From: the human T2T-CHM13v2.0 reference genome, Homo sapiens
DNA length: 64,000 bases
Assembly: GCF_009914755.1 (NCBI RefSeq)
Contig: NC_060930.1
Reading direction: 5' to 3' (one strand)
In this document: positions 47,580 through 63,010 of the stretch, one piece after another
How the letters are laid out: every line of letters begins with the position of its first letter
Position numbering within the stretch: the first letter of the stretch is position 1
Made by a program: the position numbers and the translations under genes
The notes under the pieces: generated by a model
Told to the model about the DNA's origin: nothing
Database searches by the model: none
What the model saw: the letters and a program-made list of their open reading frames with translations, nothing else

Positions 47580-47901
<322 letters not shown>

Positions 47902-50170
47902 GACCTCTCTTCTCTTTTAAGATGTTTCTTTATGCCTCGGGACCTGCTCCTCCTGCAGGAACCTGCAGGTGGGGAGGTCAAGGTGAGTGTTGCCTGGTTG
48001 TCACCTGCCTGTGCTGGGGAGCAGGGTGGGGTTCCCGGCACCCCCACCCTGTGCCAGAGAAGCTCGTCTTCATTGCTTGCCGGCGAGAGCCTAAGTGTTT
48101 CGAAAGTCTGGTCTGGGGCTTCTGCCCAGGGCATTGTCCGCAGTACTCTAGAAGATGTGCCAAGGCGGGTGGGTGAAGACAGGAACCAGGGCAGATGCCG
48201 GGGGGCACAGGGGTGGGCTGGGAGTTGTCAGCAGGAGAAAAAAGCCACCGATGTGTGACTGTCAGTCAGTGTGGGGTGGGAGGGAGAGGAAGGGACAGTG
48301 TGATCTGACTTGCGAAGGGAGAGAACTTCCAGGAAGACGTGGGCATCTCTGCTCACTCTGAGAGACTCGGGGGTGAGCCGGTGGTGGCCGGCTGTCGCGG
48401 GTGGTCACAGCCAAACTCAGCTGTTCCTGGAGCTCAGGAGCCCTGGGGCTTTAGGTTCTACCACCTGTTTCCTTCCTTCTCTCTCAGGGGCCCCCTTGCC
48501 ATCTGTGACCTGGCTGTGGACATCTCTTGTGACTTCTGGGGCCGAGACAAGAGCCCAGTCGCATTCCTGATTCTCAGTCCCACCTGGCTGAGATGGGAAT
48601 GGCTGTATGGGTTGTCTGAATTCGGGCTTTCCCTGAGCCAAGCGCACACCTCCCTTCCCTGCTCACAGCAGCTGTTTTCAGAGACTGAGGATGTTTAAAG
48701 CTGCCAGAAAAGCACGGTTACGTTGGCCATTCCTTTTCTGGGTGTTTTCTGTCATGGAATGTTTTTCCCTGAACTGTGACGATTACAGTGATCATTTCCA
48801 AATAGCATTTAGGAAAAATACACAGTACCCACATGACAAAGTGCATTTATGAAATGTCTGTTTCGTGCCAAGAGCTAGCCGTACATTCACTTATTTAATC
48901 CTAAAAATAGGCTACTGTGATAATGCATCTTTGTCCCCGTTTACAGTAACGGGAACAGGCTCAGAAGCTTCAAGTAACTTGCCTTAGGTCAGAAACTTAG
49001 TTGGGGTTTGAAGCGCCTCCAAACGCTTGCTTTTTCTGTGAAAATGTGCGGGCTGCCGAGGGTTTTCTGCAGGACTTTCCGCTCTGCAGCGATCTTCCTG
49101 AAGTTGCAGGAAATCCCTGTGGCCCTTGCCTTCCATGGTGATGACCGTGAGGATGGTGGCCTGCACCTGCATGGGACTCACTTAGGAACTTGTTAACACG
49201 GCTCCCGAGGCCACCTGTGCTGTTGTCACCCTGCCTTGCAGGTGTGGCAGGGATGCCGCGTTCCATCCATGCTGATGCCCTTTTTTCCACATGGTGGTAT
49301 CTGGGCCCCCAAGATGCCTCACAGTCTTGGCTTCCTTCAGTTATAGTTGGCAGCTGCTTTTGGTCCTTACATGAATGACTCATTTTGCATCCGACAGGGA
49401 CTGGGATTCGACGAATTACAGTAACCGGCTCAAGGTCACGCCATTCTCAAGTGGTGCCCTGGGTTTTAAACTCATGCCTTGCGGCACCAGGGACTGCCTT
49501 CAACCACCAGGCTGTTCTCCTTTCTGAAAGGGACAGGTGGCTGGGCTCACAAGGGGGACAGGAAGTGCAGTACCTTCCCCCATCCCAGGGGAAAAGTGTT
49601 TTTTCCCAGGGCTGTGATCTAAGATCAGCTGTGGGAAATTGGTCCTAACCAGGAAGGGTGGCAGCCCCAAAGATGTCTTATTAGAGCGAGCCAGGGTGTC
49701 TGCGGGGGTCAGCAGGGTCTAATGGGGCAGGGAGTGCTCAGAGAGGAGACCACCTCCCAGGGCTGCCCTAGGCGAGGCCTCCTCCCTGCCTTCAGCCAGT
49801 CCCCGCCACCCCACACCCCACAGAAGGGAATGAGGCTTCTTGTGGACCATGCGAGACCAGCCCTGCTCCGAGGCTTTGGGTGCCCCCAACCCCTGCCCAC
49901 CTGTGAGAGTCACCCCCCGGAGTGGGTTGGAGTTTCTCTGAGTGTGGTGTGTATGAGTTTGACTTTGGCGATGTCAGGATAATTTGGTCTGTTTTCAACA
50001 CATTCTGGAAAGCACCCTGAGCATCTGAAGGATGGAAGGATTGGGCTTTAAATCAAGTTTTTTCAGTCCCCATTGGTTATCTTAAGGGGCGTTTGACTTT
50101 AACTTGATTTTCTTTTTCCCCTGTAAGTCCCTGACCCAGAACTGTGATCTATTTTCTTTTGTGTTTTCAG

Positions 50171-50895
50171 CTGTTGAGCATGTTGGGCAGCACGGAGTGT
50201 AGCTACAACTGTGTGACCCCACCTGTGTGACTGACTCCACCTGTGTGACTCCAGTCGTGTGACCAACTACAACTGTGTAACTGACTCCAATTGTGTGACT
50301 AACTCCACCTGTGTGACTCTGCGTGACTCCAACTGTGACTCCATCTGTATGACTCCAATTGTGTGACCCCCACCTGTGTGACTCTGACTGTGTGACCCCC
50401 ACCTGCGTGACTCTGACTGTGTGACCCCCACCTGCGTGACTCCGACTGTGTGACCCCCACCTGTGTGACTCCAACTGTGGACTGACTCTAACTATGTGAC
50501 TGACTCCAACTGTGTGACTAACTCCACCTGTATGACTCCAACTATATGATTGACTTCAACCGTGTGACCCCACCTGTGTGACCCCACCTGTGTGACTCCA
50601 ATTGTATGACTGACTCTAACTGTGTGACTCCAACTGTGACTCCATCTGTATGACTGACCTCAACTGTGTGACCCCACCTGTGTGACTCCAACTGTGTACT
50701 GACTCTGTGTGACTGACTCCACCTGTATGACTCCAACTATATGACTGACTTCAACCGTGTGACCCCACCTGTGTGACTCCAGTTGTGTGACTGATTTCAC
50801 TGCGTGGCTAACTCCACTGTTGCCTGACTCCAGCTGCGTGACTTCAGCTGTGTGACTCCATGTATGTGACCCTAGCTGTGTGACTCCAACTTTCA
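50171..50895 (+). other. Candidate cryptic (TDP-43-type) terminal exon in SYNJ2 intron 2; 3' end uncertain
   Basis: Branch-like cctgac (50130), polypyrimidine tract attttcttttgtgttttcag|, in-frame TAG at 50200-50202, then a UG-rich repeat. Confidence 0.65.
50203..50892. repeat. Degenerate minisatellite of (ccacc/ccaac)tgtgtgact-type units
   Basis: Dozens of variant units such as ccacctgtgtgactccaactgtgtgacc, including near-perfect ~29-bp copies at 50360-50470. Confidence 0.95.
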
Positions 50896-53139
50896 GTTGC
50901 CACGAAGACAACCAGCTGAGTCAGGAGTGGGCCTCCCTTTCAATGTTTTTAGCTAAGCATCTCTGCGCAAAGAAAGAGGCTTCCCCACAGGCTCTTAATT
51001 TGGGACAAGTTTTCCCTTAGTTTGGGAAAAATTTCAATCTACCTAAATTAGCCTTTTACATTAGAAATCGAGAAATATGCACAAAAATTCATAAAAGCCT
51101 TTTTCCAGGTTCCAAGGTTTTTGTAGAAAGCCCAAAGTTCCCCTTTCCTTCCTGAAATGCCAGCAGGAAGGGGTTGGAGCTCCCGTGATTAGCCAGGGAG
51201 TCAGGCTTCCTGAAGTTTACACAATACAAAGCATATTAAGTGAGAATGTAGCAGAAAAAAGAACTTATCCCAATGATTATAGCAATTTAAATTCTCTTGA
51301 ACCCAAGCTCTCAAGGCCTACCTGTTTTATAGCCTCAAGGGACTCTACTCCTATCCCAGACTATAATGAATTGTGTCTCCTGGAGTTGTGCAGTACGCAA
51401 CCTGTGAAGCTGTACACGACAGCCCTATAAATTCTCTAGCAGACAGCCCTCCTAGATTCTAGTTCCCACTTCACAGCTGAACTGCATTTAATCTCTGTAG
51501 GACTGTTTTCCTGTCTGTAAACCTGGGAAAACTGCCTCATCTCTATGTTGCCTAGTTCTCAGGAGGTCCACATGGGCCATGCACATGGTAGCCATGAAGA
51601 GTGTGGAGTGCTCCTCCAACACCAGGCGGGCTGGCCACAGGCAGTTTCTTAGAGTGTGGCCTGGGGACGCTGCCACCACTGAGAAGCTCTGCTGTCTCTC
51701 CTCTGTCCCTGGGAGGGCTGGAGGGAGGAGGGTGCTGAGTGAGAGGGACCTGGCCTGCAGAGGGCTGAGGACGAGGTGTGAGCTGGAAGGCCAGGCTGTG
51801 TGGCCTCGGGGTGTGGACTCCTGGTGGGGGGCTCCTCTGCACAGGCTAGCAGAGGGCTGGTTTCATGGGCAGTCACTTCAGAAGGAGGATTCCCTGGAGG
51901 GGAGTTTGAACCCTTAGTCTTTTGGGATGCAGTGTTCTCTAGCAAGTCTTGAAGCGAACTGGCCTTTGTCGGTCTTAGATTAATTTAATTCCTGTGCCCA
52001 GTGGTGGGATATTACCAAGAGAGTTGACACCCAGCTCCCTGAGGGGGAAGCTCTGAGATGATGCAGCATTTGCCAGTTTCCAAGGTGTAAATTCACGGGC
52101 CAGGGCTGATTTCAGGTTCCCAGCGTGGAGCTGAGGAAGGATCTGCACCAGGGGTGCTCACTGCGGGTGTTCACTGCTGCGGCCGCCGCTGCCTACACCT
52201 CCCTCACGTTCTGCAGAAGGGAGGCGGGAGAAGGCCCTGAGACCATGCCGCATGGGCACACAGTGCTTAGGGTTCTGAACCTGCGGGTGGCGGGGGAGGC
52301 TCAAGGGTCATCTGGCCGAAGCTTCCCCCTTCACAGGTGGGAAAGCCTAGACATCTTTAGTCCTTTGTTTGGAGCTTTAAGTCTGAGGGTGTCTGTGTGA
52401 GCAGAGGGACAGATAGGATGGCTGGAGGGACCCCAGGGTTGGGATTGGCACAGACCAGGCTGGGAAGGTGAACTCAGAGCTGAGACAACACAAGGAAATG
52501 CCAGCCCAGAGCCTTGTGGGAGGCCTGGGGTGGTCCCGGTAAACGGGGCCTTGGGTCTGCAAGCCACGTATCATGACTCCAACAGCCAGCTTTCCTGGCC
52601 TGATAACAAATTGCCTAGGACCTGCCACTGGCTCTCGCCTCCCTCCACCTCACTCTAGCAGCTCCCTCTGACCCATGCATGGCTTTGCTTTGGCCAGAGC
52701 CCTGGAACCAAAGCCCTTTACCTGGAGGGGACATTGAGACTATTGGCGCATCCTCCTGGGAGGCCCAGAGAGGGTAAGAGCCTTGCCTGAGGCCACACAG
52801 GCCACTGGAGGTGTGCAGAGCCTGGAGCCCCACTCTTCTGAGTTTTGTTTTTCCACTTGCTATGAGATCCTTGATGGTTTCAGGGCCCTGGTCTCTCCCT
52901 CAGCTGAGGACTGCCAAGAACCCCGCAAGCCTAGTTAGCTTCTTGGCTGTCAGAGAATTGATCCTGCCTCACAAAAGCAAATCCTGTGCTCTAGGTGAGC
53001 ATCGGGAGGGGCCTCACACACCTGGGGCAGGTGGGGACCAGTGGCTTGTACCACACTGACGGTGGCCCGGGAGTCAGCGACCCCCCACAGCCTGGTGCTA
53101 GGCTCAAGCCAGGACACTTTCCTTAAAACCCATAGTACA

Positions 53140-53468
<329 letters not shown>

Positions 53469-53999
53469 CCCATGGTATACAGAGAACACAGTCAGGCAGT
53501 CAGGCTGTCAATGAGATTAGGCAGGACACAGTGAGGCTGGGATTGAAGGAGGAGGAAGCCATCAGTGCTGGGTCAGGTAGGCAGGGCGGGGCCTTCCCGG
53601 AGAGGCAGCGCTCCACACAGCGGTCCTGAGGTTTGGGTAAGGCTCTTCCACAGAGGCCTCTGTGGTTACACCCGTCCCACCAACTGTCTGGGACACACAG
53701 GCAGGGGCAGTTCTAAGGAAAAGTGTCCAGGTCCTTGGCTTTTTTCTATCATGGAGCACCTGTGATGGAGGACAGGGTTCTTATTCCCCTCTGAGGTCTC
53801 CCTGCTTCCATGTTAGGGTAGAAGGTAGGCCCTTCTCTCTTCTGGAAGCTCACCGTGTGCCGTGCTCCAGGAAGTAACTCCCCCTAGGATTCCAGACAAA
53901 GGGACAGTTCAAAAGCTTGTCAACAGCATTGCAATAAGGTCAGGACTAGGTAGCAATCTGTTTGCAAGTCAGGTGATGTCCAATTGTTTGCTTCCCCCA

Positions 54000-54745
<746 letters not shown>

Positions 54746-55179
54746 GGCAGTGTTTTATTTACATTGTATTGTTTACATTGTTTGACCAGTTAGGTATCAC
54801 TGGAACGATAAACCAGAACGCTCTCTTTTTAAACACTTGGAGTTGAGGAACACACGGCTGCAGGGGCTGATGGGGTGATCAGAACAGGACGTAGAAGCAC
54901 CAGATATGCTACATTAGGATGGAATTCTGAAGAGGGGGGACTGGAAATATGAGTGAAAGTTCCATGTGGTAAGAAAGAGCATGCTCCTGCAATCCTGTAA
55001 ATAATAGATGGCAATGAGTATCACGTTACTGTGTAGATTCCATGGGATACTGACAAGAGGCTCCCAGAGTTTTAGTTTTACGTGTCAATATTTAGAATAC
55101 ACTGCACAATATATTATTTACAGGCATTTCAACTACCGATGAAAACCTTCAATGGCAGTTTTAAAATGGGCAGGGAACG

Positions 55180-55526
55180 CTGTCTGAGTCCAGTGTGTTG
55201 CTGTGACAAAGTTCCGTAGTAGACGGGGTGGCTTATCAGCAACAGACATTTATTTCGCGCAGTTCTGGAGGCTGGAAGTCCGAGACCAGCGGCCCGCAGA
55301 TTGGCCGGCTGTGAGGACCTGCTTCTTGCTCCATAGATGCTGCCTTTTCTCTGCATCTGACATGGTGGGAGAGGTGCAGGAGATCTCTGGGCACAAACCC
55401 CATTCATGAGGGCTCCACTGCCATAACCCAGTCACCTCCCAAATACCCCCACCACCTCAAACCATCACCTTGGGTGTTCGTACTTCAGCATATTAACTTG
55501 GGGGTGCACACATTCAGTCAATAGCA
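55180..55526 (-). mobile_element. MaLR LTR (MLT1A/MST-like)
   Basis: cagacatttatttcgcgcagttctggaggctggaagtcc; ends cattcagtcaatagca. Confidence 0.8.
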
Positions 55527-55565
55527 GGTACACTGGTTGACCACACTCTTTTAAAGGGTACAGCA

Positions 55566-56184
<619 letters not shown>

Positions 56185-58923
56185 AGGGTACAGCAAACTA
56201 ATCCGATTGGAAACTGCCGGACTTTGGGGCTAGATGGAGCATGGGCTTAAAGTGAAACCTACATTTTGGCTCCAACACAGACTAGCTGTGTGCTTGGGCG
56301 GGTGATTCAGCTTCCCTGGGGGACAGTCATGCGTGTGTGAAATGGCAGTGGTAGCCCTGAGACAGCAGCATGGGTAAGCAGGCTGGCGACGTCATCTGCA
56401 AGGAGGTGTAATTAGGAGCACCAGCTCTGGGGCCAGACTTGGCTTGAGAAACTTGCCCAGGCACTGTAGCTAGAAAGTGGATTTGGATCCGAGCTCCCCG
56501 CTCTGTCACCTTGGGCAGGCTGCTTAACCTCTCTGTGCGTCTGTTTCCCTCCCTGTGAGATGGGGCTGGTAAGGGCGCCCCTTGCGGTGGGCGGGAGGAT
56601 GGAGTCCGCGCCTGTACAGCTCCCCTGCCTCCACTGCGCTCACCAGATACCGGCTCTCCTCACTCCCCTGTACCACTCCCGACCCCCTCCTCCCTGGACC
56701 CAGGAGCCCCAGTGCTCTGTGGCAATGTTAAGAGCCTCTCCTGGCTGCTACAGTGCTCCTCTCCCCAGCCTCCCCCAGGCCGTGGTCCTGCCCAGGAAAT
56801 GCACCTGGGACTGTTGCCAGGCACTCAGGCCCCCCACACGGAGGCTGTTGAGGAAGTGGTGCTAGAAATCAGCTCATGACTCTCACGGAGTGATGTCATG
56901 CAAAATTTTCCATAGCTCTGGCAGCCACAGGGGCCATCCTCCTGCCTCTCCGAGGGCACTTCTGCTGAACTGTGCTTTTCCCTGCACTGTGTCAGAAGAG
57001 GCAGGTGGGTGCCGGGAGCGCTCTGTGGCCAAGGCTCTGATCACAAGCTGCCAACCCCGGAACCCCACCTATCCTACTTGAGAAGCTGAACTCTGACCCC
57101 TGTCCCTGTCCCCAGTGTGATAACTTCCTTTGTTCTTAGGTGGTTTTGAGGTGGTTTCCTGAGGATGTGTCTGGGGAGATGTGATGGGATCAACCCCCTG
57201 CCCTGCTGGCAGCCCCACCCCATGGCATAGCAGCAGGCCCCTGGGAGCCCTGAGCGCTCATTAAAGGAACGCACTTTAATGACAGCCACACGCCACCCTG
57301 CCACAAGCAGCGCTCTTCTCCCTATGAAGTGTGGTGAGGAAATTGGGGTGAGAGGGTGGTGGAATTGGTTGTTTTGGGGGTCTCTTCCTGGAGTGTGGAG
57401 AGATCAGAACCATCTCCAGACCATGGCTGTAGACAGCGGCCCTTGATCATTCACAGAAGATCTCGCTGGGCGGATCCTTCAGACCTCAGCGGGGTGGGAA
57501 GAGTGTCCTTGGGACTAGAGCCCTGCCAGACCCCAAAGGCCGGTTTCTACCCGATGATCTCTTGGGCCCCGTCCCGAGAGTGAGGCACGGCGCCACCAGG
57601 CACCCCCGATACGCAGCGTGTTGTGAAGTGCCCTTGTGAGCAGCGGGGGATAGGGAACAGAAAACCAGCTGTCAGCGACAGCGAGGTGGTGCCCGAGAGA
57701 GGGCTGCCTCATTCGCCTGGCTGCAGGGTCCGAGGTCGTCTTGGTAGCATTTGGCAGGAATTTATTTAGGAAGCATTCAGCAAACCGAGTGTGTGTGGTG
57801 CTGGGAGATGACGACGAAATGGCCCTGCCCCCAAGGAAGCCCCTCCCCTGGGGGCACAGGTGGGGAGGGAGGTCATGAGCTTTGTGTGTGTGACAACTGC
57901 TGATGGGAATGCTATTGGCACGTACGAGGGGTGCCTGTCCGTGTCTTGGGAGAGCAAGGAAGGCTTCCCGGAGGAGTTGCTGCCAAGTTGGCCCAGAAGG
58001 ATGAGGAGGAGTTCTTCTGGTGAAGTGGGGAGGGCAGAGGCAGGATGGTCCCTACGGAGCATGTGGGGACGCTCGTGTTCTTCCAGAGGATGGAATGCTG
58101 GGCCCGAAGCCTGAAGTATTGTTAGGGTAGAGACAGGCGGGAGGTGCGTGGAGAAGGGGTCATGGAGGTCTTGTTGGGCAGATGGCGGTGGGACGTCCCA
58201 GGCAGGGGGAGCATCTTGGGCAAGAGCCCAGGGTGCGAGGTCATGCTTATGGCACATTGGACCAGCTGGAGGACAGCCAGCTCAGGAGAGCAGCCGGCTG
58301 GGGTGTCTGCCCACGTGTGGGGCAGGGATGGGCTGCAGCGGGGAGGGATTTGGGAGCTTCTGTCGTAGTCCTGCAGGGAGTGGGAGCTGTGCAAGAAGGA
58401 AGGGCGGAGCGGCTGTGATCCAATGACTTTGGGAAGGCCACTCCTGTGATGGAGTGGGGGAAGACAGACCCCAGGCCAGGGGTCCTGAGTCAAGGCAGTG
58501 GCTGAGGAGGCACTGGGGAAGGTGATTTGGAGAGGCTTTGGGGGTAGGTCCTGGGGGTCTGGAAGGGCTCTAGGCCAGGAATTTTCAGACTCCTGGGGGC
58601 ATCAGAATCACCTGGAGGGCTTGTTAAAGCAAAGCTTGCCCCCAGCCTCAGGCAGCTGGGCGGCAGGAATCTGCATGTCTAACAGGCTCCCAGGGGATGC
58701 TGACTTGCTGGCCAGGGTCCCACACTTTGAGAAGCCCCGCCTGAAGCTTACAGGACAGGGCAGGTTCTTGAGCCATTGAGTTGGGCAATGCCATGGGAAG
58801 TTGCAGGTGCACAGACGTTGCCTTCCTGGCTGCGGTTGAACCTGGGCTCCATTTGTCCCCTTGGAGCTCCAGGCGGCCGGGCCGACTTCGACCCTGAGCT
58901 CTCCTGTCTGATTTCCTTTCCAG

Positions 58924-59194
58924 GTGGCACGTCTCTGAGCTTCCTGGTGTTGGTGACAGGCTGCACATCTGTGGGCAGAATTCCAGATGCTGAAATCTAC
59001 AAAATCACTGCCACTGACTTTTACCCTCTTCAGGAAGAGGCCAAGGAGGAGGAACGCCTCATAGCTTTGAAGAAAATCCTCAGCTCGGGGGTGTTCTATT
59101 TCTCATGGCCAAACGATGGGTCTCGCTTTGACCTGACTGTCCGCACGCAGAAGCAGGGGGATGACAGCTCTGAATGGGGGAACTCCTTCTTCTG
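58924..59194 (+). CDS. SYNJ2: Synaptojanin 2 coding exon 3 (271 nt), SAC1 domain
   Basis: Acceptor tttcctttccag| and donor TG|gtgagg. Encodes [29 protein letters not shown]...FYFSW...NSFFW, typical SacI-homology motifs. Confidence 0.97.
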
Positions 59195-59196
59195 GT

Positions 59197-59281
59197 GAGG
59201 CCCTGGGTCCCCTGCAGAGGGTGGGCCCTGGGTCTCCTGCAGAGGGTGGGCCCTGGGTCTCCTGCAGAGGGTGGGCCCTGG
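59197..59281. repeat. 25-bp tandem repeat (~3.4 copies) starting at the exon 3 donor
   Basis: Unit ggccctgggtctcctgcagagggtg. Confidence 0.93.
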
Positions 59282-59386
59282 TTGGCATCTGAGGCCTTGA
59301 CCTCCACTTGCACCACCCCCGGGTTATGGGGCACCTCTGGAGAGTTAGGACCCAGGCCTGCTCTCAGCACAATGAGAGGAAAACTA

Positions 59387-59836
<450 letters not shown>

Positions 59837-60803
59837 TCAGTCCCGGGTGCCGAGCTCAGTGCTTCTGCCTGGATTCACTCTTTCAGTCTTCTCAATCATG
59901 GTTACCTCCAGTGTGCAGCCGTTTACCGCTGATGTTTATAAAGCACTGTGTTCGGGTCACCGTGCTAAGATCTCTCTGCTGGTAATAACTCATCATTATT
60001 ATAAAAACCTTTATAATAATTATGCGGAGGCTCTGTTACCCCATTTTACAGGTAGAGAGACTGAGGCACGAATAGTCGAGGGAATTTTGCCAAACTCCAT
60101 ACACTTACTAAGTGGCAGAGCCAGGATTTGAACCCAGGCTTTCTGGGTCCAGGTCCCAAGCTGGTAATCACAGTGCTAAACCAGTCCCATCAATGGGGAA
60201 GCTGAGTCACCCTGCCCAAAGGGACTTGTAGCAATGCACTAAGACTAGTCCCGGAGCCCAGGCAGAGGCGGCTGGATTTCTGTATGTTTAAGATCTCCTG
60301 GTGCTTTTTCACTCCACAGCAGGACAGAGACAAGAGTGGACAACCCTGTAAATACATAAATTATCTATTGCCCTTTCTGGACATAATGCTGTTTCTGTCA
60401 GATTCGCACTGATGCCTAGAGATGCCAGGTAGAAGCAAAAGTGAGGAAAGTCCTGCCATGGGAGTCGTTCCAATGAACCTCATCTAATGTAATGTTTTAG
60501 AATCCAGTGTCTGCCTTTTGAAGCTATATCAGTTTTCCCAGCTCTGAGACGGGACTCGTGAGGTTTATTTCTGACCTGTTTGTGCCTCTCTCCCTTTGCC
60601 AGAGGCAGCCACAGGTTTTCATCTGGCCTTGGTGCTTTGGATTCCCCAGAAGTGAATTCCTGATTTCTGCCGGAAGAAGGGGACCCTCCCCACATCCCTG
60701 TGTCCATCCCAACGCTCCCCACCCCCACATCCTCTTTGGTTCTCTGGTATTGTGGATATTTGGAGGCAGTAATGTGCCCAGACTTCAAAATGCACGTGAA
60801 TCA

Positions 60804-61140
<337 letters not shown>

Positions 61141-62285
61141 TCATTAAAAATGCAGATTCTGGGATGGCAGGTCTGGGCTGGGCCCAGGATTCTGCATTTC
61201 TAATAAGCTGCCAGTGCTGCTTGTCTGCAGACGGCAGGTTGAGTAGCAGCCTCTGGGGATGGCATTTCTGTGAATCGCTGGTTACATTTTGCAGGGCCCA
61301 GCATGTGCCCCGCGAGCTGTTACATGTTCCCCTAAAGGCAGCCAAGCTTAGGCACAGAGGGGCTGTGTATTATGAGGTATCTTTGTGTGGAGTCCGTGAA
61401 ACTATTTTAAACCAGAACTGTCAGGGGAGCAGAGGTGAGAGCTCTCAGCGGCAGTGAGGGTCCTTGGAACCCCTAGGGGATCCTTGGGGTATCTGAATTG
61501 CACCAGCACCTTTGCAAGTTCTCTTCCCTATGCCAGCTCTGTGGCTGGAGGTGTGAGGGGCACTAACAAAGCGAGGCAAAGGGGATTCACGAGGTGGAGG
61601 CTGAGAGGAGCTTGGGAAGGAGGAGCCCCATGGTGTCCCTTTCTGAAGGGAGAGGAGGAAGTAACTCTGGAGGTCGCCAGGCTCCTCAGCTGTAACACGC
61701 CAGGGCGTGGTGTTTAGGCTCAGGGTGGAGCCCCCAGAACTGACCACAACTGAGTCACCACGGGCAGTGTGGTTCTGGGCTTGATCGCCTGAACCCCCAC
61801 TGTTGTGGCGCAGCGTCTAAGGTCTGGAGACCCACAGCAGGAGTCAGATGGGGTCAACGCTCAGCGTGGCTGGCACATAAGGCAGAGTGAGCAGCAGGGT
61901 GAAGTCATCTTTCTGGGCTGGTAATTGATCACACTGACAATTGCCTCCCAGTACAATCAGGTCCTGGGAGGAAACTCTTTGGGGGTCCTGGATATGAGTC
62001 ATCCTCCTGCCAGAGGGCCAGGCAGTGTCACTAGAAACAGGGCTGATTTAAGGGTTGTCCACTTGGCAAAAGGTTTCTTCTCCTGAGCCCTGGTGATAGT
62101 GGCCATAGCTGTGTAGCTGGCAGACTCTGAAATATTCTGGAGGCTTTGCCTTGATGCCACATGCAGATTTCATATATGTGTTTCGGAAGCTGGCTTATCA
62201 TCTGAATTTGAGAGAGTGATTTGGAAGAGGGACATGTGTTTTTGTACAGCAATGCTTCAGCAGCATTTTTCAAGCAGAGGAGCGC

Positions 62286-62408
62286 TGTGGCTGTGCGACC
62301 TCAGATGGGGTCAGACGCGGGCTGTGCTCCCTGTGGGGGTGCATGTGACTGTGCGACCTCAGACGGGGTCAGACGTGGGCTGTGCTCCCTGTGGGGGTGC
62401 ATGTGGCT
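62286..62408. repeat. 58-bp tandem duplication (2.1 copies)
   Basis: tgtggctgtgcgacctcagatggggtcagacgcgggctgtgctccctgtgggggtgca repeated with only a few mismatches. Confidence 0.93.
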
Positions 62409-62789
62409 TTGGTCACAGTCGGGGAGGCTGGCCTGAGAGCAGGAAGCTTGGAGAAGCCCCCTGGGACCCATCAGAGCTCACAGCACAGATTTCCAGCAAT
62501 GAGAAAATGCTGCTGCTGTCTTTGAGGAAGGCTCAAGGGCAGGAATTGTGTTGCCTTTTTTAAACAAGTAGGGCACTGTGATCTAGATTCACTCAGTGCC
62601 CTGTAAGAGGGCATCTCCTGATGATGGGTCCTCCTCCCTGAGAGTGAGTATGGGCCCTCAGGATGGTACCACTCAGGTCCCCTGGGTGCTAAAGCAAGGG
62701 GGCCAGGCCAGCTCAGGGATGAGAGAACTACGTGGTCGTTCGCAGGTGCACATGGAAACGTAGGGCCTCATGAAGAAAGGCTCGGCGTG

Positions 62790-63010
62790 AAGAGCGCGGG
62801 CTCCAAGCTCCATGACGCCACTGGCTGGCTCTGTGGCATTAGACAAGCACTTCACTTCTCTGTGCCTCAGCTGCTTTATCTGTGAAAGGGGGTCACTGAT
62901 GATACCTTTCACATAGGGTCACTTCAAGGGTGAAATGAGTTAATCCACCCCAAAGTACTTAGAATGGGGCTTAGTGCACAGGATAAATGTTGGCTGTCAC
63001 CCTGTCGTTA
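62790..63010 (+). mobile_element. MIR
   Basis: cacttcacttctctgtgcctcagctgctttatctgtgaaaggggg; other MIRs at ~19390-19560, ~56420-56600 and ~59930-60180. Confidence 0.7.

Noticed and set aside
50082-50911. Repetitive ORFs (ESHRW/VTQ); CRISPR-like appearance
   Set aside because: Tandem-repeat translation. There are no unique spacers or cas genes, and the context is eukaryotic.
58776-58923. 5' extensions of the exon 3 and exon 4 ORFs in the track (also 63503-63651)
   Set aside because: Intronic read-through upstream of clear AG acceptors.
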